NCBI RefSeq assembly: GCF_013041805.1 | Contig: NZ_JABDRI010000094.1 | Coordinates: 1 to 64,000 of the forward strand | Direction: 5' to 3' | Length of the DNA: 64,000 nt | DNA from: Lutibacter sp. | GTDB taxonomy: Bacteria > Bacteroidota > Bacteroidia > Flavobacteriales > Flavobacteriaceae | Shown: positions 9,647 through 20,385 of the stretch, piece by piece | Layout: each line of letters starts with the position of its first letter | Position numbering within the stretch: the first letter of the stretch is position 1 | Notes under the pieces: model-generated | Told to the model about the DNA's origin: nothing | Seen by the model: the letters and a program-made list of their open reading frames with translations, nothing else | Database searches by the model: none | Program-made: the position numbers and the translations under genes

Positions 9647-10687
9647 TTATTGTTCCTTAATTAAATACATGTAAATAGGATAATGATCACTGTAACCGCC
9701 AATAAAATTACTACCAGCGAAACTTCGGTACGGATACCTTTTAAATTTGCCAGTTTGGGTAGTTAAGTATTGGGGATTAAAAATATTTACTTTATACATT
9801 TTGTAGGTTGAATAATCCTTTTTTGTAGTTAATAAAGGAGAAGTAAACATAATTTGATCAAACAAATTAATGTTATCTCTGTAAACCAATGTGTTTTGTC
9901 CACGTCTGAACATATCTTCAGTTGGATTGTAGATATCACCTTCTTTTACATTCGCTTTTATAGCTTTTGTTTTTAATACATTTTTTACACTTGAATTTGT
10001 TGGGTCATCATTTAAATCGCCCATAATAATCACTTTTGGATTGGGATCACTTAATTTTATTTTTTCAATAATTTGGGTATTTAAATAAGCTGCTTTTTCT
10101 CGTGACGATCTACTTTTTTCTTCACCACCTCTTCTAGATGGCCAGTGATTAACAATTACATGAATTAATTCATCATCTAAATAACCAGAAACTAATAATT
10201 GATCTCTTGTATAAATTCTCATACCATTTTCATCCCATAATTTTAACTCAAAAGTTTCGTGGTGTGTTGGTTTAAAATAGCTAGATTGATACAATAATGC
10301 AACATCTATACCTCTTAAATCTGGTGAATCATAATGGATAATACTATATTGTTTGTCTTTCAAGTAAGAGGTATTAATTAAATCTTCTAAAACGGTAAGA
10401 TTTTCAACTTCAGCCACACCCAAAATTATAGGACTATTTTTAGCTTCTTTTGTGCCAAGTTCTGAAAGAACTTTAGCCATATTGTTTAATTTTTGTTTGT
10501 ATACACTACTTCTGTTTTCTTTTATCTCCATGATAGGGCTTGCCTCATCATTTTTAGTTGGATCGTTAATGGTGTCAAAAAGGTTTTCCAAATTGTAAAA
10601 AGCAATGGTTTTAATTTGGAAATTTTTCTGACTGAAAAGAAGGTTTGTTGAAATTAAAAATAAAATTAATAGTGAAAAACGTTTCAT
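9647..10687 (-). CDS. Secreted endonuclease/exonuclease/phosphatase (EEP) family protein
   Basis: Signal peptide MKRFSLLILFLISTNLLFSQ, then EEP signatures AFYNLENLFDT, VNHWPSRRGGEE, GDLNDDPTN and SDHYP. It is a paralog of 20769..21740. Confidence 0.7.
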   Translation of the reverse strand: MKRFSLLILFLISTNLLFSQKNFQIKTIAFYNLENLFDTINDPTKNDEASPIMEIKENRSSVYKQKLNNMAKVLSELGTKEAKNSPIILGVAEVENLTVLEDLINTSYLKDKQYSIIHYDSPDLRGIDVALLYQSSYFKPTHHETFELKLWDENGMRIYTRDQLLVSGYLDDELIHVIVNHWPSRRGGEEKSRSSREKAAYLNTQIIEKIKLSDPNPKVIIMGDLNDDPTNSSVKNVLKTKAIKANVKEGDIYNPTEDMFRRGQNTLVYRDNINLFDQIMFTSPLLTTKKDYSTYKMYKVNIFNPQYLTTQTGKFKRYPYRSFAGSNFIGGYSDHYPIYMYLIKEQ

Positions 10688-10817
10688 AACTTGAAAATTT
10701 GAAGATGTAAAGTTACTAACAAAATTTAAGCCAAAGAGTATTTAGTTAATTTTTAAATTGAGGTAGCACTAACTAAAATTTGTATATCTATATTAATTTA
10801 TTATTTTTAATAAAAAA

Positions 10818-13577
10818 TTGCAAATGAAAAGAATGGTTATTATCACTTTTCTATGGCTCTGCTGTGGAATAAGTGCAACTTCACAAATAATAACTTCATT
10901 ACAAGGAAAAGTATTTGAAGCTTCCAAAGAAAACCCTTTAAAAGGTGTTTTAATTACAATTAAAAATACAGCTATTGTTACTGAAACAAGTATAAATGGT
11001 TATTTTTTCATTCAAAATATCCCAACTGGAAATCAGGTTTTAGTTATTAGTATTGAAGGCTTTGAAACTCAAAAAATAATAATTTTAATTCAAAAAAACG
11101 AAAAGATAGATTTAGGAGTTATTTACTTATATCCTTTGATTGAAGAAATTCTTGAAACTAGTATTGTTTTTTTATCGGATGATGATTTATTAGGCGACGG
11201 AGACAGAAGTTCTGATAATATTGCTGGGTTATTTCAGTCTTCAAAAGACACTTATTTAAAAGCAGCAGCATTTAATTTTGGTCAGGTATGGTATAAAGTT
11301 CGTGGTTATGACTCTAGGTATGGAACCATTTCTATCAATGGAATTCAAATGAATAAATTATATGATGGAAGACCCCAATGGAGTGATTGGGGAGGATTGA
11401 ATGATGCTTTTAGAAATCAGGATTTTACAAATGGTTTAGCACCTTCAGAAATAACATTTGGAGGCGTTTTAGGAACAACTAATTTTAATACAAGAGCATC
11501 TGATTATCAAGAAGTTTCAAAAATATCATTGTCTGCAACTAATAGAAGTTATACAGGTAGGATTATGGCAACGTACGCTAGTGGAATGAACAAAAATAAT
11601 TGGGCTTTTGTTGTTTCAGGCTCAAGGAGAATGGCAGATGAAGGCTATGTAGATGGAACATCATACAATGCATGGGCTGCATTTTTAGCGGCTGAAAAGA
11701 AACTAAATAACAATCATAGTTTAAATGTAACGGCATTTGTTGCGCCAAATAGAAGAGGTAAATCATCACCTAACACACAAGAAGTTTTCGATTTAAAAGG
11801 ATACAAATACAACGCCTATTGGGGAATGCAAGAAGGTGATAAAAGAAACTCTAGAATAAAAGAGATTGTAGAGCCAGTTGTTATGTTAAGTCATTTTTAC
11901 AAAAAAGAAAATACTACGTTACAAACAACTTTAGCATATCAATTTGGGCATATTGGGAATAGTAGGTTAGGCTTTTTTAATGCACAAAACCCAGATCCAA
12001 CTTATTGGAAATATTTACCAAGTGGTTATTTGCGTTTTGAAGATAATTTAGATTATGCAAATGCCTATTTAGCTGAGCAAGAGTTTTTAGAAAATGGTCA
12101 ATTAGATTGGAATGAACTATATGAGGTAAATGTGAATAATGGCAATTCGTTGTATTATTTATATGAAGATCGTGTTGATGATTCTCAAATTATGTTCAAT
12201 TCAACTGTAAATTCTATTTTAAGTTCAACTATAAATTTAAATGCAGGTGTTTCCTTCCAAAATTTATCCTCAGAAAATTATGCAAATATGTTGGATTTAT
12301 TAGGAGGAAGTGGCTTTGAAGATTTAGATCAGTATGCTGAAGGTGAAGCGCAACAAAATGATTTAAATAACCTTGATAGATTTGTAGGTGTAGGTGATAA
12401 ATTTCAATACAATTATACTATTAATGCAACTACTATTAGCGGTTTTGCTCAATTACAATTTACAAAGCCTAAGTTAGATTACTTTATTGGTATGAATGTT
12501 AAAAACACCGCTTATCAACGTGACGGTTTATATAAAAACGGAACATATTCTACAAATTCGTTTGGCAAAAGCGAAAAAGTATCTTTCACAGATTATAGTG
12601 TAAAAGGTGGTTTCACCTATAAATTTACGGGTCGCCATTTGGTAAACATAAACACAGCATTTGTTTCAAATGCTCCTACAATTCGAAATTCTTTTTCAAA
12701 TTCAAGAGTTAACAATGCTATTACACCAGATTTAACGAGTGAAAAAATAATCACGTGTGATGTAAGTTATCTTTTGAGATTACCAAAAATTCAAGCAAGA
12801 GTTTCTGCATATTATACCAAATTTAGTGATGCAATAGAAACGTCATTCTTTTTTGCGGAAGGATTATTAGGTGACCAAGCCGATTTTGTCAATGAAATTA
12901 TTACTGGAGTGAGTAAGAAGAATATCGGGACTGAATTAAGCATTGAATATCAGGCTACACCAACTATTAAGTTGTTAGGTGCTGTAGGATTTGGGCAATT
13001 TACATACAATAACAACCCACAATTATATCTTCAGTCTGAAAGTTTCACGGATGAGAATAGTGATTTTGGAACGGCTTATTTAAAAGGTTATCATCTTTCT
13101 GGAACACCTCAAAGAGCTTATTCATTAGGTTTTGAATATCGAGATCCAAATTTTTGGTGGTTTCAAATTAACACAAATTTAGTATCAAATAACTATGTAG
13201 ACATTTCTCCATTATTAAGAACCGACAACTTTTATACAGATGCAGATGGTGTTCCTTTTATAGATGATGAAACAGGTGTTGAAGTTACTCAAGAACAAGT
13301 GAACTCATTATTAATTCAAGAAAAATTTGACGATGCTTTTTTAGTGAATCTAGTTGGTGGAAAATCCTGGTTAATCAATGGTAATTATGCTGGTTTTTTT
13401 CTAGGAATTAATAATGTTTTAGGTGAACTATTTAAAACAGGAGGTTTTGAGCAATCTAGAAATGCAAATTATCCTGAGCTAAAACAAGATAGGCAATTAA
13501 AAAAACCAATTTTTGGTTCAAAATATTGGTACGGAAATAACACTTCATTTTATCTAAACGTATATGTAAGATTTTAA
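10818..13577 (+). CDS. TonB-dependent-receptor-like outer-membrane beta-barrel (SusC-like) with an N-terminal CarboxypepD_reg domain
   Basis: Signal peptide, then a CarboxypepD_reg-like segment (QGKVFEASKENPLKGVLITIKNTAIVTETSINGYFFIQNIP), a plug-like segment (YKVRGYDSRYGTISINGIQMN), a long beta-rich region, and a C-terminal ...YLNVYVRF ending in Phe. Confidence 0.6.
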   Translation: MQMKRMVIITFLWLCCGISATSQIITSLQGKVFEASKENPLKGVLITIKNTAIVTETSINGYFFIQNIPTGNQVLVISIEGFETQKIIILIQKNEKIDLGVIYLYPLIEEILETSIVFLSDDDLLGDGDRSSDNIAGLFQSSKDTYLKAAAFNFGQVWYKVRGYDSRYGTISINGIQMNKLYDGRPQWSDWGGLNDAFRNQDFTNGLAPSEITFGGVLGTTNFNTRASDYQEVSKISLSATNRSYTGRIMATYASGMNKNNWAFVVSGSRRMADEGYVDGTSYNAWAAFLAAEKKLNNNHSLNVTAFVAPNRRGKSSPNTQEVFDLKGYKYNAYWGMQEGDKRNSRIKEIVEPVVMLSHFYKKENTTLQTTLAYQFGHIGNSRLGFFNAQNPDPTYWKYLPSGYLRFEDNLDYANAYLAEQEFLENGQLDWNELYEVNVNNGNSLYYLYEDRVDDSQIMFNSTVNSILSSTINLNAGVSFQNLSSENYANMLDLLGGSGFEDLDQYAEGEAQQNDLNNLDRFVGVGDKFQYNYTINATTISGFAQLQFTKPKLDYFIGMNVKNTAYQRDGLYKNGTYSTNSFGKSEKVSFTDYSVKGGFTYKFTGRHLVNINTAFVSNAPTIRNSFSNSRVNNAITPDLTSEKIITCDVSYLLRLPKIQARVSAYYTKFSDAIETSFFFAEGLLGDQADFVNEIITGVSKKNIGTELSIEYQATPTIKLLGAVGFGQFTYNNNPQLYLQSESFTDENSDFGTAYLKGYHLSGTPQRAYSLGFEYRDPNFWWFQINTNLVSNNYVDISPLLRTDNFYTDADGVPFIDDETGVEVTQEQVNSLLIQEKFDDAFLVNLVGGKSWLINGNYAGFFLGINNVLGELFKTGGFEQSRNANYPELKQDRQLKKPIFGSKYWYGNNTSFYLNVYVRF

Positions 13578-13588
13578 AAATTAATGCT

Positions 13589-15655
13589 ATGAAAATTCAA
13601 ACTATTAAACCTAAAATAGGAGTATTTCTTCTATTCACAAGTCTGTTTTTAGGCTGTGTTAAAGATAAAGATTTTTCAACTCCAACAGTAAATTGTGTTG
13701 AGACTGAAATTTCTGTAACCAATACAATTCAACAGGTAAAAGATATGTATACATTCGGGAGTGCAACTAAAATAGATACTGATGTGATTATTGAAGGTTA
13801 TGTGGTTTCAAATGACGAATCAGGGAATATTTATAAAACACTTTCCATACAAGATAAACCTGAAAATCCAACATCGGCAATCAAAATCTCTATAGATGAA
13901 ACCAATTTGTACACAACGTATGATGTTGGTAGAAAAATTTATGTAAAGCTTAAAGGTTTGGCAGTTGGGTATAGTTTTGGGAGTATCCAAATTGGACAAG
14001 CAGTTGGTGGTGAATTGGCAAGAATTTCATCTTTTGAAGTAAAAAATCACATTTTTCGTTCGTGCGAAGTGGCTGAAATCATTCCTAAAAGAGTAGCTAT
14101 TTCAGAGTTGAATGAGGGCCTATTAGAAATGTTAATTGAAATTGAGAATGTACAATTTAAAACTACTGATTTAGGTTTGTCTTATGCAAACGTTGAAGAC
14201 ACTGAAACTGTAAATCGCGTATTAGAAAACTTTGACAGTAATTGTAACTTAGTGGATGAAGTTATTGTTCGAAATAGCGGTTTTTCAAAATTTAAAAACC
14301 AATTATTACCTGAAGGAAAAGGAAGTGTTGTAGCAGTTTTTGGAAATTATTATGATGATTTTCAGTTGTATATTAGAGATACAGATGACGTGAAATTTAC
14401 TGAACAAAGATGTGACTATTTCAATGCTTTAACTCCTACAATTTCAATTTCTGAAGTGAAAGAAATGTATCAAGGATCTATGGTTGAATTTGGAGTAGAC
14501 ATTAATTATATAATTGAAGGCTATGTTGTTTCAAGTGATGAATATGGAAATTTTAAAGAAAAATTAGTCGTGCAAGACGCTACCGAAAATCCAACTTCAG
14601 GAATACAATTACTAATTGATAAAGAAGCAATTTTTGAAGATTATAATATTGGAGATAAAGTTTATATAAAACTGAATAAATTGTATATGACAAAGAATGT
14701 TGATGTTTTAACAATTGGGTTTCCAAGTGGAGATAAGATTACGAAAATTGAAGCTTCAGAGGTAAACAATTTTGTCTATAAGAGTGAAGAAAATTTTGAA
14801 ATAACACCAACTGAGATTCCAATTTCAGAAGTTCAAAATCCTGATTATGAAAACACATTGGTACGTATTTTAAACGTGCAATTGGTTGAAAATGAATTAG
14901 GAAAAGCATTTGCTTTTTTCACAGGAGATGATGACGGAGTACGAACACTTGAAACTTGTGGAGAAACTACAAAAATATTGGTATTTACAAATGGAGATGC
15001 CACTTTTGCCCATGAATTATTTCCTGAAGGACATGGTTCAATTACAGGTATTTTAAGTGATAATTTAAAAATTAGAACTACTGAAGATGTTCAATTTAAA
15101 GAGCCGTTTGAAGTTTGTCCTGTTATTATTCCAAAAATTATGATTACTGAAGTTGCTGACCCCAGAAATGATGTGTCGGCTCGTTTTGTTGAATTGTATA
15201 ATGCAGGAGATTCTGAAATAAATTTAACTGGTTGGAAATTAAATAAATATATAAACGGTTCAACTACAATCTCTAGTTCGCCAGTTGAATTAAATGGATA
15301 CACTATTCCTGTTGGCGGTTTTATAATTATTGCAAATACGGGATATGCAGCTATTTTTAATGATGTGCCAACAATTCAATCAACCTATATTTCTGGAAAC
15401 GGTGATGATGTATATGAGTTAGTGGATAATACAGGAACCGTTATTGATGTTTTTGGAGTTATAGGGGAAGATGGAAATGGAACTAATTGGGAATATTTAG
15501 ATGGAAGAGCGGTTAGAAATTTAGATATTTCAGAACCAAATATAACGTTTAGAGCTACTGAATGGACTATCTATTCAGGTGCTTCAAATAATTTAATTTT
15601 AAGTCCTAATTCACCTCAAAATGCTCCAAATGACTTTAATCCAAGAGTGCGATAA
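13589..15655 (+). CDS. Lipoprotein with two tandem ~100-aa OB-fold-like repeat domains and a C-terminal lamin-tail domain (LTD)
   Basis: Lipobox LFLGC. Repeat one is IEGYVVSNDESGNIYKTLSIQDKPENPTSAIKISIDE...GRKIYVKL. Repeat two is IEGYVVSSDEYGNFKEKLVVQDATENPTSGIQLLIDKE...GDKVYIKL. The LTD signature is MITEVADPRNDVSARFVELYNAGDSEINLTGWKL. It lies 11 bp after the TBDR-like gene. Confidence 0.5.
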   Translation: MKIQTIKPKIGVFLLFTSLFLGCVKDKDFSTPTVNCVETEISVTNTIQQVKDMYTFGSATKIDTDVIIEGYVVSNDESGNIYKTLSIQDKPENPTSAIKISIDETNLYTTYDVGRKIYVKLKGLAVGYSFGSIQIGQAVGGELARISSFEVKNHIFRSCEVAEIIPKRVAISELNEGLLEMLIEIENVQFKTTDLGLSYANVEDTETVNRVLENFDSNCNLVDEVIVRNSGFSKFKNQLLPEGKGSVVAVFGNYYDDFQLYIRDTDDVKFTEQRCDYFNALTPTISISEVKEMYQGSMVEFGVDINYIIEGYVVSSDEYGNFKEKLVVQDATENPTSGIQLLIDKEAIFEDYNIGDKVYIKLNKLYMTKNVDVLTIGFPSGDKITKIEASEVNNFVYKSEENFEITPTEIPISEVQNPDYENTLVRILNVQLVENELGKAFAFFTGDDDGVRTLETCGETTKILVFTNGDATFAHELFPEGHGSITGILSDNLKIRTTEDVQFKEPFEVCPVIIPKIMITEVADPRNDVSARFVELYNAGDSEINLTGWKLNKYINGSTTISSSPVELNGYTIPVGGFIIIANTGYAAIFNDVPTIQSTYISGNGDDVYELVDNTGTVIDVFGVIGEDGNGTNWEYLDGRAVRNLDISEPNITFRATEWTIYSGASNNLILSPNSPQNAPNDFNPRVR

Positions 15656-15858
15656 TTTGACATAATTGTTATTATTTTGTTTTTTTAGAACAGACATTAA
15701 ACATTCTAAAAAACAATCTGAAATATAGTAATGTGTGAGCTTTTAAATATCGAATATAAGTTGTTATTTTAGTAAAAATATTTCATAAGTTACAGTTCTA
15801 ACAAATTTTAGGTTTAGAGTTCTAAATTTAGTTTGTGGTTTGAGTTTCTGTAAAAACA

Positions 15859-17091
15859 TTGTGTATGAATAAAAATGTAAGAAAACAAAAGGCTGATTTG
15901 TCAAAATCTAGTTCTACTCAACTTCGTCCAGATTTGTTATCTTCAGTGATGGCAAATTTTTTAGTGTTTGCCGTTTTAATTTTTTGCTATTGGCTTATTA
16001 ATAATAATGAAGCGCTTTATAACGCTATTGTTCAAGAAGATGAAATTATAGAATGGTCGACGGCTTGGGCTTTCCTATTGGCCTCGTTTGGAAGTGTGTT
16101 TGGATTTATTTTAGGAAATAAGAAGTTTAAAAAGTTTCAATGGTTCTATCTTGGTCTTTCTATCTTCTGTTTTCTAGTTTTCATGGAAGAAATTTCTTGG
16201 GGTCAACGCCTTTTTGGTTATCTACCTCCTAACTATTTTTTAGAAAATAATTTTCAGCAGGAATTTACAGCGCATAATGTAATAAATGACTCTTTTAGAA
16301 TGATATCAGTCAAAGTTGTTATTTTAGGATATGGGGTAATTCTCCCATTATTAATGCAATTTCCAGCATCAAGGCGTTTTTTAAATTATATGGGTGTAGT
16401 GGTTCCACCATATGAGTTAATTCCATCTTTTTTTGCTGTTTTTTATATTTATCAGATTTACCCTTGGGATTTTACGGGTGAGGTAATAGAGCTAATGCTG
16501 GGAATGTGCTTTTTGTTTACCGTTTTATTTCGTCTATGGGATTTTAAACTAGAAATAAAAAAATCAAAGAGATATTGGCAACTCATATCTGTTTTAGGAG
16601 TAGCTCTTTTATCTGTAGGACTTAGTGCGGGGACGGTGAGGGTTAATAATTATAAAAATAACTCTCCCATAAAGAGGGATGCTTGTTATAAGGAGCTTCA
16701 AGCCATTGAGAAAGATTTTGCCAATAGGGCGAAAGAACTTGGTCGTTCACCTTTTAAAAATTACTTCCACCATAGACTTTATACAGTTGTAAAGAATAAT
16801 GACTTTAACTGGATATATAAAGGCCAATTTGCTAATCTTACCAAAGAAGGTCTTAACCAAGATCGTGCAGATTATTTTATTGATCCTTGGAATATGGCTT
16901 ATTGGTTATTGTATAAGTATGATAAGGCAACTGGTCGTAAACGCATTGTTGCTTATTCATTTGGTCCAAATAGAAAGCGCGACTCTGATCACTGGACTTT
17001 AAAAGGTGATGATATTGGGATAATCCTTTGGGATACTGGGCTGAAATATCCATATATCTCAGAAAATGAAATTGTTCCAAAGAGCTATTAA
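15859..17091 (+). CDS. Hypothetical integral membrane protein: roughly six TM helices followed by a ~180-aa soluble C-terminal domain. The start may be the internal Met at 15949 (MANFLVF...).
   Basis: Hydrophobic helices through residue ~250, then a hydrophilic domain. I recognise no family. A terminator follows. Confidence 0.4.
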   Translation: MCMNKNVRKQKADLSKSSSTQLRPDLLSSVMANFLVFAVLIFCYWLINNNEALYNAIVQEDEIIEWSTAWAFLLASFGSVFGFILGNKKFKKFQWFYLGLSIFCFLVFMEEISWGQRLFGYLPPNYFLENNFQQEFTAHNVINDSFRMISVKVVILGYGVILPLLMQFPASRRFLNYMGVVVPPYELIPSFFAVFYIYQIYPWDFTGEVIELMLGMCFLFTVLFRLWDFKLEIKKSKRYWQLISVLGVALLSVGLSAGTVRVNNYKNNSPIKRDACYKELQAIEKDFANRAKELGRSPFKNYFHHRLYTVVKNNDFNWIYKGQFANLTKEGLNQDRADYFIDPWNMAYWLLYKYDKATGRKRIVAYSFGPNRKRDSDHWTLKGDDIGIILWDTGLKYPYISENEIVPKSY

Positions 17092-17217
17092 ATTGTAAGT
17101 TTATATTTTATTTGTTCTTTAGTACTCATTTTTTATAATGAGAGTCTATAACTATTTCAAATAATTTGTAAAATCCATTTTTTTAGAGTTATTGGTGAAG
17201 ATAGAAAGCACAAAAAG

Positions 17218-17256
17218 GAAAGCCTGTTTACAACTTATTGTATACAGGCTTTTTAT
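17218..17256 (+). terminator. Rho-independent terminator downstream of the 15859..17091 gene
   Basis: aaagcctgt-N-acaggcttt hairpin followed by ttttatatat. Confidence 0.55.
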
Positions 17257-17631
17257 ATATATTGGGGTTATTAGTTTTAATTAAGAAGCGTATCGTCTAT
17301 GTTTACTCCATTGTGTTCTTTTTGTATTTGCAAAACTTACAAAGATTAATTTTGATTTATTTTCTGTTGTTGAATTTGTGTTTATTGTTTTCATATTAAA
17401 AGTTTTAATTTAGTTAAGTATACATAAATGACGGTCCAACTATTAAATTGTTACGCTTTTATTGTTTGATTAACAGATTTTTAACGTATCCGTTCGTTTT
17501 TTAACTTAAACTGTTAATATGAAGTTAATGAATTTGAAAATTAAAAAATGAAGACTTTATTATAACGTGTAATAAAAAAAGCAGGGAGTAATTTTACCAC
17601 CTACTTTTAATATTTTAATACCCTTAAAGAG

Positions 17632-19539
17632 TTATAAAGTTTCCTTCAACCATTTGTAAAATTCACGTTGCCAAACTAAACTATTTTGATTGTCTAGCAC
17701 CCAATGATTTTCTTCAGGAAAGAATAATAATTTACTTTTAATTCCTTGCAATTGTGCTGCTTGAAAAGCGGCTAATCCTTGTCCAATAGGAACTCTAAAA
17801 TCTATTCCGCCTTGAATAATTAAAATAGGAGTATTCCACATACTTACTTTTTCAGCCGGATTAAATTCAGTATGAGATTTTTGAGCAGCTGCATTATTTT
17901 TATCCCAATAAGCACCACCTAAATCAAAATTAACAAAGAATAATTCTTCAGTGGTTCCATACATACTTCTCCAATCAAAAATACCATCGTGAGAAATAAA
18001 ACTTTTGAATCTGCCTTCGTGAATTGCAGCCAAATAAAATACAGAATAACCACCATAACTTGCTCCAATAGCACCTAATCGATTATTATCTACATAAGGT
18101 TCTTTAGCTAATTCATCAATAGCAGATAAGTAATCTTGCATATTTTGCCCTCCATAATCTTTACTTATTTGTTCATTCCATTCAACCCCATGACCTGGCA
18201 TTCCTCTTCGGTTTGGTGCAACAATAATATACCCATTTGCAGCCATTAATTGGAAATTCCATCTAAAAGAATAAAACTGACTTAACGCCCCTTGAGGACC
18301 TCCTTGACAATATAATAATGTTGGATATTTTTTTGAAGGATCAAAATTGGGAGGATAAATTACCCAAGTTACCATATCTTTTCCATCGGTGGTTTTAACC
18401 ATTCTTTTTTCAATCTTACCTAATGAAATTGAATTGTAAATTGCATCATTTGCATGTGTTAATTGCTTCATTTCTCCATTATTCAAATTAACAGAGTATA
18501 GCTCTACTGCATGATTCATATCTCTACGACTAGCAATCAACGTATTTTTTGTTTGACCTACAATTCCACTCACATCAAACTGACCATTTGTAATTTGTTT
18601 AGGGCCACTTATTTTTTCTTTAGAAGTAGGAACTTCAATTTCAAATAATTGAACTGTACCACCAGTAGGAGCAACAAAATATATTTTAGTTCCTTTATCT
18701 TCCCAAATAAAACTATTTACTGTTCCATCCCAATTAGAAGTTAAGTTTATTGAATTACCATCAATTTTAACAATGATATCATTTTTGTCAGATTCATAAC
18801 CATCTCTTTTCATTTGTAACCAAGCTAACTGTCCTTTTGAAGAAAATGCAGGTTGTGTATCATACCCTTTATTGTCAAACGTTAAATTTGTAGTTGTTTG
18901 TGATTGAATATTGTATTGGTAAATATCAGTATTTGTACTAATAGCATAGTCAACACCACTTGATTTTTTGGTGACGTATAAAATATTTTTACTATCAGGA
19001 CTCCATAAATAATCTTCTGAACCACCAAAAGGTTTTTGTGGACAATCATAAGGTTCATTAAGCATAATGTCAATTGGTTCAGTATCATTATCAGAAATAA
19101 TTTGATAAAATACATGACTGTAAGCTCCATCTTCCCAAGTATCCCAATGACGATAATTTAATGCATCATAAATTTTTACATTTGATTTTGGTACATCAGA
19201 ATAAAAATCTTGCCCATTCACTTTTTGAAGTTTTACATCAGCTGTGGAAATTTTATACTTTCCATTAGGCGAAATATTTCTATCAACTAATAACTCTTTA
19301 TACTCATTTATAAGTTGAGGTTCTCCACCTGAAATAGGTATTTGATATGTTGATGATGATTTACTATTTGTTTCAAGATTGAAACTAGAAACACTGTAAA
19401 TTAAATGCTTACCGTCTTTTGTAATTCCTTTTCCTGAAACTTTATTTAATTGAACTAGTATTTCTGGTGTCATTACATCTTGTGCAAATAAACTAATGCA
19501 AGTAAATGAAATTAGAAAACTAAAAAGTATTTTATACAT
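17632..19539 (-). CDS. Secreted S9-family serine peptidase (prolyl oligopeptidase / dipeptidyl-peptidase type) with an N-terminal beta-propeller
   Basis: Signal peptide; GGSEDYLWSPD-type propeller repeats; catalytic nucleophile motif GASYGGY; a C-terminal alpha/beta-hydrolase domain with Asp and His. Confidence 0.8.
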   Translation of the reverse strand: MYKILFSFLISFTCISLFAQDVMTPEILVQLNKVSGKGITKDGKHLIYSVSSFNLETNSKSSSTYQIPISGGEPQLINEYKELLVDRNISPNGKYKISTADVKLQKVNGQDFYSDVPKSNVKIYDALNYRHWDTWEDGAYSHVFYQIISDNDTEPIDIMLNEPYDCPQKPFGGSEDYLWSPDSKNILYVTKKSSGVDYAISTNTDIYQYNIQSQTTTNLTFDNKGYDTQPAFSSKGQLAWLQMKRDGYESDKNDIIVKIDGNSINLTSNWDGTVNSFIWEDKGTKIYFVAPTGGTVQLFEIEVPTSKEKISGPKQITNGQFDVSGIVGQTKNTLIASRRDMNHAVELYSVNLNNGEMKQLTHANDAIYNSISLGKIEKRMVKTTDGKDMVTWVIYPPNFDPSKKYPTLLYCQGGPQGALSQFYSFRWNFQLMAANGYIIVAPNRRGMPGHGVEWNEQISKDYGGQNMQDYLSAIDELAKEPYVDNNRLGAIGASYGGYSVFYLAAIHEGRFKSFISHDGIFDWRSMYGTTEELFFVNFDLGGAYWDKNNAAAQKSHTEFNPAEKVSMWNTPILIIQGGIDFRVPIGQGLAAFQAAQLQGIKSKLLFFPEENHWVLDNQNSLVWQREFYKWLKETL

Positions 19540-19866
19540 GGTTTTTTTGAATTATGAATTTATTTATTATTCACAAATTTATCATTTTAATTTAAACATA
19601 TAGGCTGTTATAAGTCGACTTTAACATAATTTAAGTTAATACATAAAACAGGTTATCATTATTTTTTTGTAAAGTGTGTTTTTTAATTATCTGAAAAACA
19701 AATACTTAATAATATAATTGTCAAGAAATACCAAAATTCACGAATAATTATATAGTTCAATTTGGTTAAACATTTGTTAATCAGATGCCGTTTAAACTAC
19801 TGAATACTAATAAGATATACATTTGGAATATCAAAGCAAAAGATGTTTAACTAAAACCTATCTATC

Positions 19867-20199
19867 ATGAAAAAATTTAAATTAATGGCACTTGTATTTA
19901 TAATTGGAACTGCCAGCTTATTTGCGACTAATACAAACGAATTAACGACAGTTAATAAAGAACTTAGAAATCAAATTGTAAGTTTACTTCAGTCACCAGA
20001 TTTTTATGTTGAAAAAGATGCTGTAATTAATATTACTTTTACCTTTAGTTCGCAAGGTGAAATTGTTGTACTAAAAGTAGGATGTGATAATTGTGATGTA
20101 TTGAATTACGTACGCAAAAATTTAAATCACAAAAAAATTGAAAATCCTGGCGTAGCTAATAGAGTGTATACACTTCCTTTAAAGGTGAAAGCCGTATGA
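19867..20199 (+). CDS. Small secreted protein of unknown function, 110 aa, paralog A
   Basis: Signal peptide MKKFKLMALVFIIGTASLFA. Conserved block INITFTFSSQGEIVVLKV...DVLNYVRKNLNHKKIENPGVANRVY shared with 20386..20718. It has its own terminator. Confidence 0.5.
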   Translation: MKKFKLMALVFIIGTASLFATNTNELTTVNKELRNQIVSLLQSPDFYVEKDAVINITFTFSSQGEIVVLKVGCDNCDVLNYVRKNLNHKKIENPGVANRVYTLPLKVKAV

Positions 20200-20217
20200 A
20201 AAGAAAATTAAGCAATT

Positions 20218-20250
20218 AAAAACTCAAACTTAGTAGGTTTGAGTTTTTTT
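20218..20250 (+). terminator. Rho-independent terminator
   Basis: aaaaactcaaac-ttagtagg-gtttgagttttttt. Confidence 0.7.
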
Positions 20251-20385
20251 ATGTCCCCATAATTTTATTTATAAAGCATTGAATCAGGCTATTAGTTAAA
20301 AGTTTGTTAATAGAATTATACTAATGTAACATCTATTTATGTGTAACGTCTTTAGAATATACTAACAATTAAATAAATAGAAATT

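Noticed and set aside
11578-11769. Short ORFs embedded antisense or out of frame in large genes. These are 11578..11769, 15091..15303, 16799..17080, 18882..19130, 21221..21457, 27705..27947, 30984..31175, 32882..33139, 36598..36795, 38941..39198, 39866..40075, 43900..44335, 46138..46439, 48274..48474, 50024..50266, 51152..51334, 52072..52269, 53280..53621, 54147..54530, 55230..55412, 56298..56567, 57098..57298, 57723..57929, 58900..59109, 59231..59446, 60539..60730, 61374..61631 and 62940..63245.
   Set aside because: All are fully contained in or overlap well-supported longer ORFs. In an AT-rich genome, stop-poor alternative frames are expected by chance. None shows a recognisable motif.
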